A DNA stretch of 64,000 nucleotides from Thalia democratica (lineage: Eukaryota), in the NCBI GenBank assembly GCA_965202585.1, contig OZ241828.1:16120001-16184000 (forward strand), read 5' to 3'. Below, piece by piece: positions 1-13,745 of this stretch. The translations under genes and the position numbers were made by a program. The notes under the pieces are model-generated. The model was not told the DNA's origin, did not search any database, and worked only from the letters and a program-made list of their open reading frames with translations. Every line of letters starts with the position of its first letter. The first letter of the stretch is position 1.

Positions 1-479
1 ACAAAAAAAATTACTAAGTTTTTTATTTTGTCACGTAGAAATATGGATTCTATTTAGTTTTTCAAATTTTGAATTAATAATGCAATTTTAAAATGACCCG
101 TAATATCTACCTCAAACCTTGTTTTGAATTTCAATCAAAAAATTTAGAATATAAAGTAAAAGCTATAAAATGTATATAGCTGTGGTGCAGCTTTATCTTT
201 CGCGGGCTGGATTCAACTTAAATTTTTAAAAAGCTACTCAGTTAGTCATTTACAATTCTGCGGGCCTCCAACTATATTTTACCGAGTTACTTAATTCCAC
301 AGAAAATCAGACCAATATTACTTTTATCAAAACAATTTTTACATCTAATAATTAAAAAATATTTACAAAAAAGTTGATAAGTACTATTGAATACAAAGTC
401 AAAAGTTATTAAAGCTGATTGATAAATACAAAAAATTGATTACAGTATTTGAATATTAACTAGTATTAGTCATTATTTT

Positions 480-2880
480 TTCAACGTTATTTCAACTTAG
501 ACTGACTTTTAAATATAATTTCAAGAAATCATTAGATTAGCAAATCATCATTCTTAAATATAACCTTAGAATTAAAAAAAATAGCAATAAATAACTGAAA
601 AATTTCGAATTGGTTCTTAGAAAAATAAAAATTAAGTGTTCTTTAGTTAAGTGTTCTTAAAACACATTTGAAGTATTATGTTGTTCTTTATGAACTCAAA
701 TTTGTGAGAAATGTTTAAACTTATTTTAAGTCATCTAGGAGTTGCTACCTAAGTGCATTTCTCCTTACAGATTATATTAATACTAAGCTAACAAATTCTT
801 AGGAGGCATTCTTAATATAATCTTTTTGTCAATTATTTTCCTATAAAATACATTATTGTCTTTTTTATATCAATCTTTAAAATAATTTACTTTCTTTAAA
901 TTTTTTTAATCAAAATTTCCTTTTTTTTTATTTATCTATTATTTTTTTAAGGTAGAAAAACACCAGAAAATACCCACTCTCCCCTCTGCAACGATAGACG
1001 ATTTCTTGTCTAAATTTAATTATAGAATGAAATGAGGCAAATGTTAAAAAAATTAAAAATGCTAAAAAGATATTCTAATTTTAATATAATTGTGTTAATA
1101 AAATCTTAGCTTTATAAATTTTTTTTTATTTATTTCGTGTTTTATACAAATTTTTTCGTTTGAAAAATAAAAAGTGTTCTAAATTCTAGGTTCGTACATT
1201 ATTTTGATGGTTTTGGTACAAAATTAATCAACTCTTAATGTTTTACTGTAAACCAACAAAACTTTTAACATTGCAACTTCAAATCTAACTCTAAATTTAT
1301 TTTGTTTTTAAAACTACCGTCTTTAACATAAAATAACATCTTAAGCATAACATTTTGAATAGTTTTTCTCGTTTTGTATAAGTTTAATAAAAAACAACTA
1401 ATATCTCTATGTATGTTATGTGATACAATATACTATACAAGTGTGAAAAACGTAATGAAGAGTATAAAAATTATCGCTAGTTACTTCAAATTCAGTCAGA
1501 CATTAAAAATTTGAGTCAGCAAAATGTAATAAATTGTATTTTTTATCTTGTTTTTTTAACTTTAATTTTTGATATGTTTCGGTTAGGTTGGATAGAGAGA
1601 AGGCTATCAATAAACTAATTATCAACAAAATCTTTAAAAAGGCTGCTAAATCATTATTTTTATAATTTTTTTCAACCTTTTTTTCAGCTTAGACTGACTT
1701 GTGAATATAACTTCAAGAAGTCATTAGATTAGCAAATCATTGTTTTTATATATAATCTTTAAACTTAAAAAAATCACAAAAAAATAACTGGAAAACCTGG
1801 AATTGGTTCTTAGAAGAATAAAAATTAAATGTTCTAAAGTTAAGTGGTCTTAAGTTAAGTGTCGTTAAAAGAATAAAAATAAAATGTTAATAAAACACAG
1901 TTAAAGTATGATGTTTCTCGTGATGTACTCAAATTTGTAAGATGTGTTTAAGCTTATTATAAGTTATCTAGGAGTAGCTACCTAAGTGCATTTCTCCTTA
2001 CAGATTATAAAAATGTCTAGCTAACAAATTCTTAGGAGGCACTCCTAACATAATCTTTTTATTAATTATCTTCCTATAAAAAACATTATTGCTATTTATT
2101 TTTAGTTTCTTATAAAATATTTTACTTTCATTTCGCCGTTTTAAATTAAGTTTTTTAATTTTAAATTAAAACATTAAATAAAATTAGGCAGATATTAAAA
2201 TAATTAAAAGTGCGAAAAAGATATTCTAATTTTAATATAAATGTTTTGACAAAAATTTTAAGTTTTTTATAATTTTTTTTTTATATATTTCGTACTTTTT
2301 ACAATTTTTTTCGTTTGAAAAATAGAAAGTGTTCTAAATTCTAGGTTCGTACATTATTTTGATGGTTTTGGAACAAAATTAATTAAATCCTAATGTTTTA
2401 TTGTAAACTAACACAACTTTTTACCTTGCAACTTCAAATCTAATTTTAAATTTATTTTGTATTTGAAACTACCGTCTTCAACATTAAATAATTTATTAAG
2501 TAGAATATTTCAAACTTTTTTTTTTGGTTTAGTTTAAGTTTAATAAAAAACCACTAGTATCTCTATGTATGTCATGTGGTACAATGTACTATCTAAGTAT
2601 GAAAACGTATTAAGAGTAAAAAAATCATTACTAGTTTACTTCAAATTCAGTCAGACCTAAAATAATTTCACCAGCAAGAGAAAATAAATTTTAATTCTTT
2701 TTTTTTTAACTTAAGTTTATGCTAGGTTTGTTAAGAAAAAGTCTACAATTTAACTATTAATCATCGACAAAAGCTTTAAAAAATTTGTTAAGTCTTTTTT
2801 TTTTCAACGTTTAATCAGCTTAGACTGACTTTTAAATATAATTTCAAGAAATCATTAGATTACCAAATCACCATTCTAAT
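480..2880 (+). repeat. Tandem ~1.15-kb units of a locally amplified AT-rich repeat
   Basis: The motifs AAATCATTAGATTAGCAAATCA (526, 1720, 2850), CTAGGAGTTGCTACCTAAGTGCATTTCTCC (735, 1968), TGCAACTTCAAATCTAA and TTCAGTCAGAC recur in the same order. Confidence 0.85.
736..814. other. Conserved imperfect hairpin within the 1.1-kb unit. Copies at 736-814, 1969-2047, 11717-11794, 12732-12809 and 61528-61606; degenerate copies at about 19672-19752 and 41322-41403.
   Basis: 5' arm TAGGAG-T-TGC-TA-CCTAAG-TGC-ATTT pairs with 3' arm AAAT-T-CTTAGG-AG-GCA-CTCCTA across a ~32-nt loop. Function unknown. Confidence 0.55.
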
Positions 2881-5800
2881 ATATAACCTTCAAATTAAAA
2901 AAATATCGCAAAATATAAATGAAACAACCTGGAACTGGATATGTTTTATAAAAAGTTAATCAAAACCTAGAAATTTTAATTAACATGCATCAAAATTAGT
3001 GAAATTAAAAAAATTTAATTGTGGTGAAAACAATAGTAGCCTAATGATAATAATTAAGCTGCTACAACCTGTAAATTCTTTAAATGGTTTTTATAGAACC
3101 AAATTTTCATTAGAAAAACTATTTTAAAACGGCTTATAGGTTATGCAACTTAAGTTATGTTTAGGCACTACTTAGGTATTAATAAGGGTATATTTATAAA
3201 GCTCTAAATTTAGTTTATCTATATTTTATTACAAACTAATAAGAGCTAATCCCTCGCAAGAGCTTAACAACTTAACATAATTAAGAGATTTTTGTTTTAA
3301 ATAAATATTGAGATCTTAGCAGGCAAGAAAAAGCAAACAATTTTATTTTAATAATTAGTAAACATAAATTTACAACAAAAAAATTTTAAGCATCAGAAAT
3401 CAAAATAACAACAGTTGATAATGTAACATTTTTTTTATAAAAACAATATGTTTAACGTAAAAGACAAAGTTGAAAGTTTTCGAAATATTAAGAAGATTTT
3501 AAACAGTTTTTAAACTATTTATTGCCAACTGTTGTTTTTTAAAAAGAAAGAAAATAGTGTGATAGATTTAATTATTCAACTGATAATGAACTTCATATCA
3601 AATGAACTTTATTATAACATATCATACTTATGTGTAAAATAAAAGTTAATAATATACTTGCACGCTTTTCAAAGCTATTTAAAAACTTATAATAATTATG
3701 TTATAAACTGTATTATTTCATTAAAAAGTATAATAAAATTAAGTTGAAAGATTAAGTTATAATATTTTAAAATTTCTTTATAAATCGCGTTAGTTAGTTA
3801 AATTATCAAATTTTAAGACTGTAAATTTAGTACTTTTTTCTAAATTAAAATGAACTTTTAATTCAATCTAATATCTTGTAATTAATTTATTATATCTAAT
3901 AACTAGTTGTTTAATTTTTTTAAAAAACTTGATAATTAATGAAATATTTGATTTTAGTAAAACTCTTATTTCATTTCTAAGTTGTTAAAGTTAAAAATTA
4001 TATCTTTATTTACAACTATATCATGATGTTTTTAAGATAAAAAAGATTACATTTAATATACCAAAATATACTTTTAATTCTGTTTTAAGTAACTTGATTC
4101 CGTAAAATTTAAAGTGTTGTTGTTGTTCTTTCTAATAAGCATGTTATGTTAAGAAAATATATTTTCGTATGTTTAATTAGATTTATAGATATTAATCAAC
4201 TAAGTGTTTAATAGTTTAATTATCATTTTATTAACAAACTTCTCGTTTTGTAGTAATAGTTTTGAATAGAGTTTAGTTTTTTCTTAGAGTAAAACCTACA
4301 AAGAATGTTTTCTTAATTAAGCTATCCAGCCAGTAATTTTTTAAATTATGAAACAATATCTAGTTGATACTAGTTTGAACTGGTTTTAAATAGAGAGGTT
4401 AGCTATATTGAGTAAGTTTTTGCTTAATTTGATTACTTAATTACTTAATTTAATTATTGGCACTTAAGTATTTTAAGTCTTAAGTACTTAAATAATGAGT
4501 ATAAATAAAATTATTCTACAATAAAAGGAAACTCAATGGTTAAAAAACCATACTGTTTCTATAAGTTAATATAGTTTTTTACAATTTTGTTTCTTTATAA
4601 CAGATAGGCTAACTGATTCTAGTTTAAAATATTTTGAAAACTCAGAATAACTCAGTCTAGTTTGTGATGTGTAAAAATTCAGGATAATTTAAGCAAGCTT
4701 ATATGTATAAAATTCATAAAAAACTAGTTTACTGATTATTTAAAATAAATTTATTTATATACTTTTGAAGTTAATGAAATTTTCTAAAATTGAATTAAAA
4801 AAAATATAAGATGACTTTTTATGGTTCAAAACTCAGAATATCTTTTTACTCAAAGAGTGGCAACCCTGACTCTTTATTTTTATCATTAATAAAGTACCAC
4901 AACATTTTTACTAAAGTTTGTTAATTAAAAGGTACAACAGTTTATTCATCACAGTGGTAAAGGTAAATGGTATTTTTCAAAATCTAGATAATTCATTACT
5001 ATTTTCAGTTGTAATAAAAGAAAAAAAAGTGTTGAAACAGTTCAAATGCTTACTCACATACTCAGTTTGCTTGAAAAATTATATAATAGTTATCCATTTC
5101 ATTTAAAAAATCTAAAACCAATTGTTTTAATGCTTTCTCATGATTTTTGCTCAATTTTTTATTTATTTTTTGTGAGGTGTTTCCATAGTTTGTAGGGTAA
5201 GGATTGTGGTACACTTAATTTATTGACCCTCCTCGTTTTTATTAAACCCTACATTATCAAAATACTTAAAAATACTATGTGATAATAATAACATTTTAAT
5301 ATTATTATAATATAAAATATTAACTAATTATATTTATATTATAATAAATATATGAAACAAGTTTATTTTATATAAATCAGATAAGACAACTTTAGTAGTT
5401 TATATTTAAAAAGAAAGAACCACAGAAAATTATTAACAAAATATAAGTTAATTTTTTGAATAACTTAAAATAAAAATAACTTTATAACATTTTAAGTTTA
5501 AAAATAAAATACTGTATAACTTTAATTAATGTGAACTATAAAATATTGAAAGAACTTTTAAAACAAAACATTTTATTACAAATTTTAGTCCTTACTATCA
5601 TCTATAGATGCAATTTATAAGCTTTTAGTTTCTTCTGATAAAAGATGAAAGTAGGACTTATTTTTGTAAAAAATATTTTCTTTTGTCGATTACTATAATT
5701 GCAATTTTATTGTCAATACGATGGACCCAGGCATCAAAACCTAGGCCACTAAAACTGAAAGATGTATAAAATGAAGAAGAAAAATTACTCAAATAGTTTA

Positions 5801-8419
5801 TTTTGTTTAAAATGTCATTTAACTAAACTTCGATTTGATTTAATTAGAAAAGTTATCTCACCGAAAGACACTAGTTTTTATTTTTGGATTATACATAAAT
5901 ATAACGGCAAATATAGAACTGTTATTAATAGTAATTACAATATTTACACTTCTTACTAAAAAATAATGTAGATAAACTCTACATTTAAATTTTTATCAAA
6001 GTATTTCAAGTTTAAAATGTATTAAAGAAAGATATCTGATTATAAAACATAAATTATTCCAGATATTTTTAACAAAGTGCTAGGTGACTGAAATTTAATG
6101 GTTATGTGTTAATTATCCCTTGATTAAAACTAGACGTTTTAAAAAAATGGTATAGGTTAGAAAACTGATAAAGCTTGTTTAAATTATTTTTGAAATTTTT
6201 GAAATTAATTCAAAAAAATAAGAAGGGTTAAAAAATTTACAAACATTTTTTTAAAATAGCTTAAGTTTTGAACTTTAAAAGGTCATTTTAAATCTTAATT
6301 TACTTTTGAACTTATTAAAAGTCATTTTACTTTCGGTCACTTTTCGGTCGAAAAAGAGCTTATAAAGAAGGTCAAAAGTTTAAATAAATAATTGTATAAA
6401 AATTTAAAAAATACATACTTAAAAAATTTTATCTTAAAAAGTCTTTGACATGGTTTAATTTAAGTATTGATATAATCAAGTAAAAATAAATAAATTTACA
6501 AATTTATTAAAAGTTAAAAGACTGCCTATTAATACTCAGAAACTGTTTTTTGCCCTTCACCATCAACTCTGATTTTCTAGTACAAGTTTTAATATTACTT
6601 TTCAAATTTTCTTTAGCTGTTTTACTGTAAATTAAGAGTGTAGAATGAACGCTTTGAATAGTGATAGCGCCCTTGAGGCTTCTTTACTACCCACGATCCC
6701 CTTTTTACCCCTTTGCAGCCTATAGCCACAAAAACTGCTGAAACAGCTAACTATGGGAAAGCCTGGTACATTATTAGCTTAAACATAACCTTAATTTTAA
6801 CAGTTTTCACCAAAAACTTTCTCAAGCGTATTTATTTAAAACTGCAAGTATATGAAGTTGTTCTACTATTTCAATTTAACCTACACAAACACTATAAATG
6901 TAAGTAATCAGCATTTAATTTATTTAAATCTTTTGTTTTGTTTAAGCAAATTATTATCTTTGGACAGGTTTTAGACAAATTTTGAAAAAATTCTTGAATA
7001 TTTTCATTACACATACCAAAGTTGTGAATTTATTACTGGAAAATTATTATACATTCAATCAGGCATGACATTTTAAGTTGAAACAGACTAACTGTTTGTA
7101 CATTGTACTGTATTTTTGCAGTGTACAGTAAAATTGTTAGTTGATAAGTTCCATATAAAACAGTTTAAAACAGTTTATTATTTATTTAAAAAAAAAAAAT
7201 ATGTAAAATATGGTCAAAGCATTCTAGTACAATTGATCGTTTAATTTTAAACTAATTAATTTAGACCTCCTATAACGCTGATAAATTAAATTGTATAAAT
7301 TTATACTTCTTTTACAAGGTGATATTTTTGTATCTTATATTTTGTATTCAAAATTATTTGTCTCCTTAGATTTTATTTATTGTTATAACAAAACGCAAGT
7401 AAATTGTTAATTTTCTAATTATGTATTTTTTAATGAAGAAGTTTTTAAGAACTTAATAGTGTTTTTAATAAAGTTTTAAATACTACTAGACTATTTTTAG
7501 TCCAGAATATTACTAGTTTACTCCAAGTTAATATTCATTATTTGTATAGCCTCGGTTGAATCTCTAAAAAAATTACAAATTAAATATTTTCGAATCAAAT
7601 TGTAATGGCACGCGTTTATCATTTAATTTTCCCCTGTTTTAAAGCTGTTTAGTGTCGTAATATTGAATGTCACATAACTATTCAACCAGAACACAAGTAT
7701 TTAAACAATATTATAACTATTTTGGGATTATTCTTGGTAAGACCTAGAGCTTGTATTTAGGTACTGCTAAAAGCTACTGTTAGACACTTTTTAGAACTGC
7801 ATGTTATTTGTTTTTGTATGCTTATTATTCAAGTATTAAAAGTTTTTATTTGGCCGTACTAAATTGTTTAAAAGTTCTTTCCATATTTTATAGTTCACAT
7901 TATTTAAAGTTTTACAGTATTTTATTTTTAAACGTAAACTATTATAAAGTTTTATTTATTCTAACTTATTTACAAAATTAACTAATATTTCCGTGGTTCT
8001 TTTTATTAAACATAAATTACTAAAATAGTCTTTTCTGATTTATATAAACTAGCATCACAGTTGTAAAGAAAGGTGGTATTTTTCTAAATACAGATAATTC
8101 AATATTATTTTCAGTTGTAATAAAAGAAATCAAAAAGACATTTTAACAATTCAAATTCTCATATATATATTCAATTTCCTTTTAAAAATCATATAATAGT
8201 TACACATTTCATTTTAAAAAGTATAAAACCTATTGTTTGAGTGTTTTCTCATGATTTTTTCTCAATTTTTTATTTATTTTTTGTAAGGTTTTTCCAAAGT
8301 TTGTAGGGTATGGATTCTAGTACACTTAATTTATTGACCCTCCCCGTTTTAATTAAACCCTACGTTATCATAATACTTATAAATACTAGATGTTATTTAG
8401 TATTTATAAGTATTATGAT

Positions 8420-11400
8420 TTTTTTTATGAAATTTTATACATATAAGATTGCTTAAATTATCCTGAATATTTACACATCACAAACTAGACTGAGTTATTC
8501 TGAGTTTTCAAAATATTTCAAATAGCAATAGAATTAGTTAGCCTATCTGCTATAATGAAACAAAATTACAAAAAACTGTATCAACTTTGAAAAACAGTAT
8601 GGTTCTGTAATCATTTAGTTTCCTAACATTATAGAAAAATTTTATTTAAATTTAAAAAATAAAATATATTGTTGACAAAATTGCTTTTATAAAAGCTATA
8701 CTATTATTTATATAGAATGAATCAGGTAGCATGGTTTTTTAAATTATTAAAATTTAAGTTTATAGCTTTAAAATATTAATTCTAAAATAATTACGCCTTT
8801 CATTTATTTCTTCTAAGAAAACTTATTATTTAAGTACTTAAGTCTTTAAGTACTTAAGTGTTGATAATCAAATTAAGTAATTAAGTAATCAAATTAATAA
8901 AAACTTAATCTATTTAGCTAACCTCTCTTTTTAAAATCAGTTCAAACTAGTATCAACTAGATATTATTTCATAATTTAAAAAATTACTGGTTGGAAAACA
9001 TTATTAAAAAAACATTCTTTGTAGGTTCTACTTTTAAAGAAGAACTAAACTCTATTCAAAATTATTACTACAAAACGAGAAGTTTGTTAATAAAGTTGTA
9101 ATTAAACGATCAAAAACTTAGTTGATTATTATCTATAATTCTTAATAAACATACGAAAATGTATTTTTATAACATAACATGCTTATTAGAAAGAACAACA
9201 ACATTTTAAATTTTACAGAATCAAGTTACTTAAAACAGATTTAAAAGTATAATTTTATATTTTTTATGTAATCTTTTTTATGTTAAAAACATCATGATAT
9301 AGTTGCCAATGAAGATTTAACTGAAAATTTTAACTACCTAAAAAAGAAAATACTTATTCTAAAACTAAAAATTTCAATTTTTACTACGTTTTTAAAAGAA
9401 ATTAAACAACTAGTAATTAGATATAATAATTAAATTACAAAAAATTAGATTAAATTTAAAATTCATTTTAATTTAGAAAAGGGTACTAAATTTACAGTCT
9501 TAAAATTTGATAATCTAATTAATTAACGCGATTTAGAAAGAAATGTTAAAATATTATAACTTAATCTTTTAACTTAGTTTAATTATACTTTTAAATAAAT
9601 AATACAGTTTATAACATACTTATTATAAATCTTTAAATAAATTTGAATAGCGTGGAAGTATATTATTAACTTTTATTTCACACATAAGTATGATATGTTA
9701 TAATAAATTTCATTTGATATAAAATTCATTATCAGTTGAATTATTAAATTTATCACATCATTTTCCTTCTTTGAAAAAAACGACAATTGGCAATGTGTAG
9801 TTTAAAAACTGTTTAAAATGTACTTAATATTTTAAAAACTTTTACCTTTGTCTTTTACGTTGAACAAATAGTTTTTATAAAAAAAATATACATTATCAAA
9901 TTTTGTTACTCTGGTTTATATGCTTAAAATTTGTTTTGTTGTAAATTTATGTTTAATAAATATTAAAATAAAATTGTTTGTTTTTTCTTTCCTGTTAAGA
10001 CCTCAATATCTTTAGAAAACAAAATATTTTAATTATGTTCAGTAGTTAAACTTTTGCGAGGAATTAGCTTTTATTATTTTGTAATAAAATATAGATAAAC
10101 TAAATATAAAGCTTTATAAATATGATATTATTAAAATCTAAGTAGAGCCTAAACATAACAAAAGTTTTATAACTTATAAGCCGTTTTAAAATAGTTTTTC
10201 TACTGAAAATTTGGATCTATAAAAACCATTTAAAGAATTTACAGGTTGTAGTAGCTTTATTATTATCATTAAACTACTATTGTTTTCACCATAATTACAA
10301 TTTTTTTTATTTTCACTAATTTTGATGCATGTTATATAAAATTTCTAGGTCTTATTATGTTTATTAAATATTTTTAATAAAACATTTCTAATTTCGGGTT
10401 TTTCCAGTTTTATTTTGCGCGAATCTTTTAGTTTAAAGGTTATATATAAGAATAATGATTTGCTAATCTAATGATTTCTTAAAATTATATTTAAAAGTCA
10501 TTCTAAGCTGAAAAAACGTTAAAAAAATAATGATTTAGCAATTTTTTTTGTTTATTGGTAGTTTATAGCCTTTTCCCTAACCAACCTAATCTAAACATAT
10601 CGAAAATAAAAGTTAAAAAGAATAATATAAGAAATATATTTTATTTTCTTTTGCTGATTCAACTTTCTTAGGTCTGACTGAATTTGAAGTAAATTAGCGA
10701 TGATTTTTATACTTTTCATTACGTTTTTCATATTTGTTAGTATATACTGTCACATAACATACATAGAGATATTAAAGGTTATTTTATAATATTATAGAGA
10801 ACCAAAAAAAAAGTTCGAATTATTTTACTTAATAAATTATATTTTGATAAAGACAAAATAAAATTAGAGTTAGATATGAAGTTGCAAGGTAAAAAATTGT
10901 GTTGGTTTACTATATAGTATGAATAATTAATTAATTTTGTTCAAAGACCATCAAAACAATGTACGAGCTTAGAATTTAAAACCCTTTTATTTCTAAAACG
11001 AAAAAATTTGTATAAAATACGAAATAAATGAAAAAAAATCATATAAAATTTATAAATTTTATTAAGATATTTATAATAAAATTAGAGTATTTTTTAGTAT
11101 TTTTTTTCTAAAGATTCGCTTTATTTTATTTTATTTTATTTTTAATTTGTATAGATTTATGCAAATTGCATATTTTATTCGCGACCGGTTTCGGTGGCAA
11201 AAGAAATTTTTCACGCAAAAATTTGCGACCTTGCAAAAAATAAAATATAAAACTGCATATTGAATGCATAAAATGCATTCATAATGTGCAAATGAATGCA
11301 TATTGAATGCATATTGAATGCATATATAAACTGTATGTACATTCTCTTTTAAAACAATATGCAGTTTATGCAGTTCATATGCATTTAATATGCATTCATT

Positions 11401-13745
11401 TGCATATTATGAATGCATTTTATGCATTCAATATGCAGTTATATATTTTATTTTTTGCGTAAAAAATTCGCAATCTCTTGCCATCAAAACCGGTCGCGAA
11501 TAAAATATACAATTTGCATAAATCTATTTAAATAAGCTATTTACATCCTAGTAAATTGAACATTCCTTTAAAATTAAGGCAAATAACTATACATATAAAA
11601 ATTTGAAAAAGAGATTTATTTTTTAAAATTTAAAAAAAAAGTAAAATATTTTGGACGAAATTATAAAAAAGACAATTATGTTTTTTATAGGAAAATAATT
11701 GATAAAAAGATTCTGTTAGGAGTGCCTCCTAAGAATTTGTTAGCAAAAAATTATACAATCAGTAAGGAGAAATGCACTTAGGTAGCAACTCCTAGAAAAC
11801 TTATAATAAGCTTAAACATATCTCACAAATTTAAATTTATCAAGAGCAACATACATATAGTACCTGAAACTGTGTTTTATTAATTTTTATTTTTCTTCTA
11901 ACAACACTTAACCTAAGAACACTTAATTTAAAAACACTTGATTTTTATTCTTCTCAAGAACCAATTCTAGGTTTTCCAGTTTTTTTTTTGCGATTTTTTT
12001 AAATTTATTGATTAATAATGATTTGCTAATCTAATAATTTCTAAAAACTATATTTAAAAGTCAATTTAAGCTGAATAAACTTTGATAAAAAGAAAGATTT
12101 AGAAAACTTTTCAAAGCTTTTGTTGATTGGTAGTTTATTTATAGCCTTTTCCATTACCAACCTAACCCAAACATATCAAAAGTTAAAGTTAAAAATAATA
12201 AAATAAGAAACACAATTTATTTTCTTTTGCTGATTCAATTTTTTTTTAAGTGAGACTGATTTTGATTTAAATTAGCAGTTATTTTTAAACATTTCATTAC
12301 GTTTTTTATACTTGTATAGTATATACTGTCATATAACACACATTAAGAGGTTAGTGGTTTTTTATCAAAGTTATACAAAACGGAAAAAAAAAGTCCAAAA
12401 TGTTATGCTTAAGAAATTATTTTTCTTTATTTAAATCAGTAGGTAGATTCAGAAGGTAGTTTAAAAACAAAATAAATTAAGAGTTAGGTTTGAAGTTGCA
12501 ATGATAAAAGTTGTGTTTGTTTACAATAAAACATTAAGAGTCAATTAATTTTGTTCCAAATTCATCAAAATCGCGTACAAACATAATATTTAGAAAACTT
12601 TTTAAATTTTAAACGAAAAAATTTGTATAATTACAAAATAAATGAACAAAAAATATTTACATTACTGAAAATTTTTATTAGTTCATTTAGTATAAATTTT
12701 TAATAGAAAGTAATTGATAAAAAGATTATGTTAGGAGTGACTCCTAAGAATTTGTTAGCTAGACATTTTTGTAATCTGAAAAAGAAATGCACTTAGGTAG
12801 CAACTCCTTGATAACTTATAAAAAGCTTAAACATATCTCACAAATCTAAGTTCATCAAGAGCAACATAATACCTTAACTGTGTTTTGTTAATATTTAGTT
12901 TTATTGTTCTAACATCAGTTAACTTCAAAACACTTAATTTTTATTCTTCTAAGAACCAATTCCAGGTTTTCCAGTATTTTTTTGCGATTTATTTTAATTT
13001 AAAGGTTATATATAAGAATAATGATTTGCTAACCTAATAATTTCTTAAAATTATATTTTAAAGTCAGTCTAAGCTCGAAAAACGGTAAAAAAAAGATAAT
13101 GATTTAGCAACTTTTTTAAAGCTAGTGTTTATTGTAGTTTTTTAATAGCATTTTCCCTAACCAACCTAACCCAAACATTTCAAATATTTAACTTTAAAAA
13201 GTTAGATAAGAATAACAGCTTATTTTTATTTGCTGTTTCAACTTTTTTTTAAGTCAGATGATTTTTGAAGTATATTAGCAGTTATTTTTAAACTTTTCAT
13301 CATGTTTTTCATACTTGTTTAGTTTATTCTTCACATAAGATACATAAAGATATTAGTAGTTTTTTATCAAAATTATACAAAACGAAAAAAAAATCAAAAT
13401 GTTACGCTTAAAAAATTATTTTATTTTAAAGACTGTAAAAACAAAATAAATTTAGGGTTGAATTTGAAGTTGCAATGTTAAAAGTTGTGTTTGTTTACAA
13501 TGAAACATTAAGATTCAATTAATTTTATTCCAAAATCATCAAAATAATATAAGGCCCTAGTATTTAGAACACTTTTTATTTTTCAAAAAAAAAAAAAAAT
13601 TGTATAAAATACGAAATAAATGAAAATAAACATATATAAAACTTAGATATTTTGTTAACGCATTTATATTTAACTTAGTGTCTCTTTTTAGCACTTTTAA
13701 TTTTTTAACATTTGCTTAGTTTTATTTTATAATAAAATTTAGACA
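8420..13745 (-). repeat. Large inverted copy of the ~0.5-4.72 kb block, with about 3 units of the 1.1-kb repeat
   Basis: 8420-8550 is the reverse complement of 4600-4722 (CAGATAGGCTAACTGATTCT...CTCAGAATAACTCAGTCTAGTTTGTGATGTG). Reverse-complement matches continue to about 13745, including inverted hairpins at 11717 and 12732. Confidence 0.85.
11151..11527. mobile_element. Fold-back MITE, almost entirely palindromic
   Basis: Left end ATAGATTTATGCAAATTGCATATTTTATTCGCGACCGGTTT; right end AAACCGGTCGCGAATAAAATATACAATTTGCATAAATCTAT. Internal GCATATTGAAT / ATTCAATATGC repeats. No clear target-site duplication (TSD). Confidence 0.8.

Larger units (their letters stand above)
1..4240 (+). repeat. Segmental duplicate of 60801-64000 (upstream region of the double-homeobox gene family)
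   Basis: Colinear matches from 1 (ACAAAAAAAA...TTTTATTTTGTCACGTAGAAATATGGATT, cf. 60801 and 58760) to about 4240 (TAAGTGTT.AATAGTT.AATTATCATTTTATTAACAAAC, cf. 63962-64000). This copy carries an extra ~1.15-kb unit. Confidence 0.85.
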
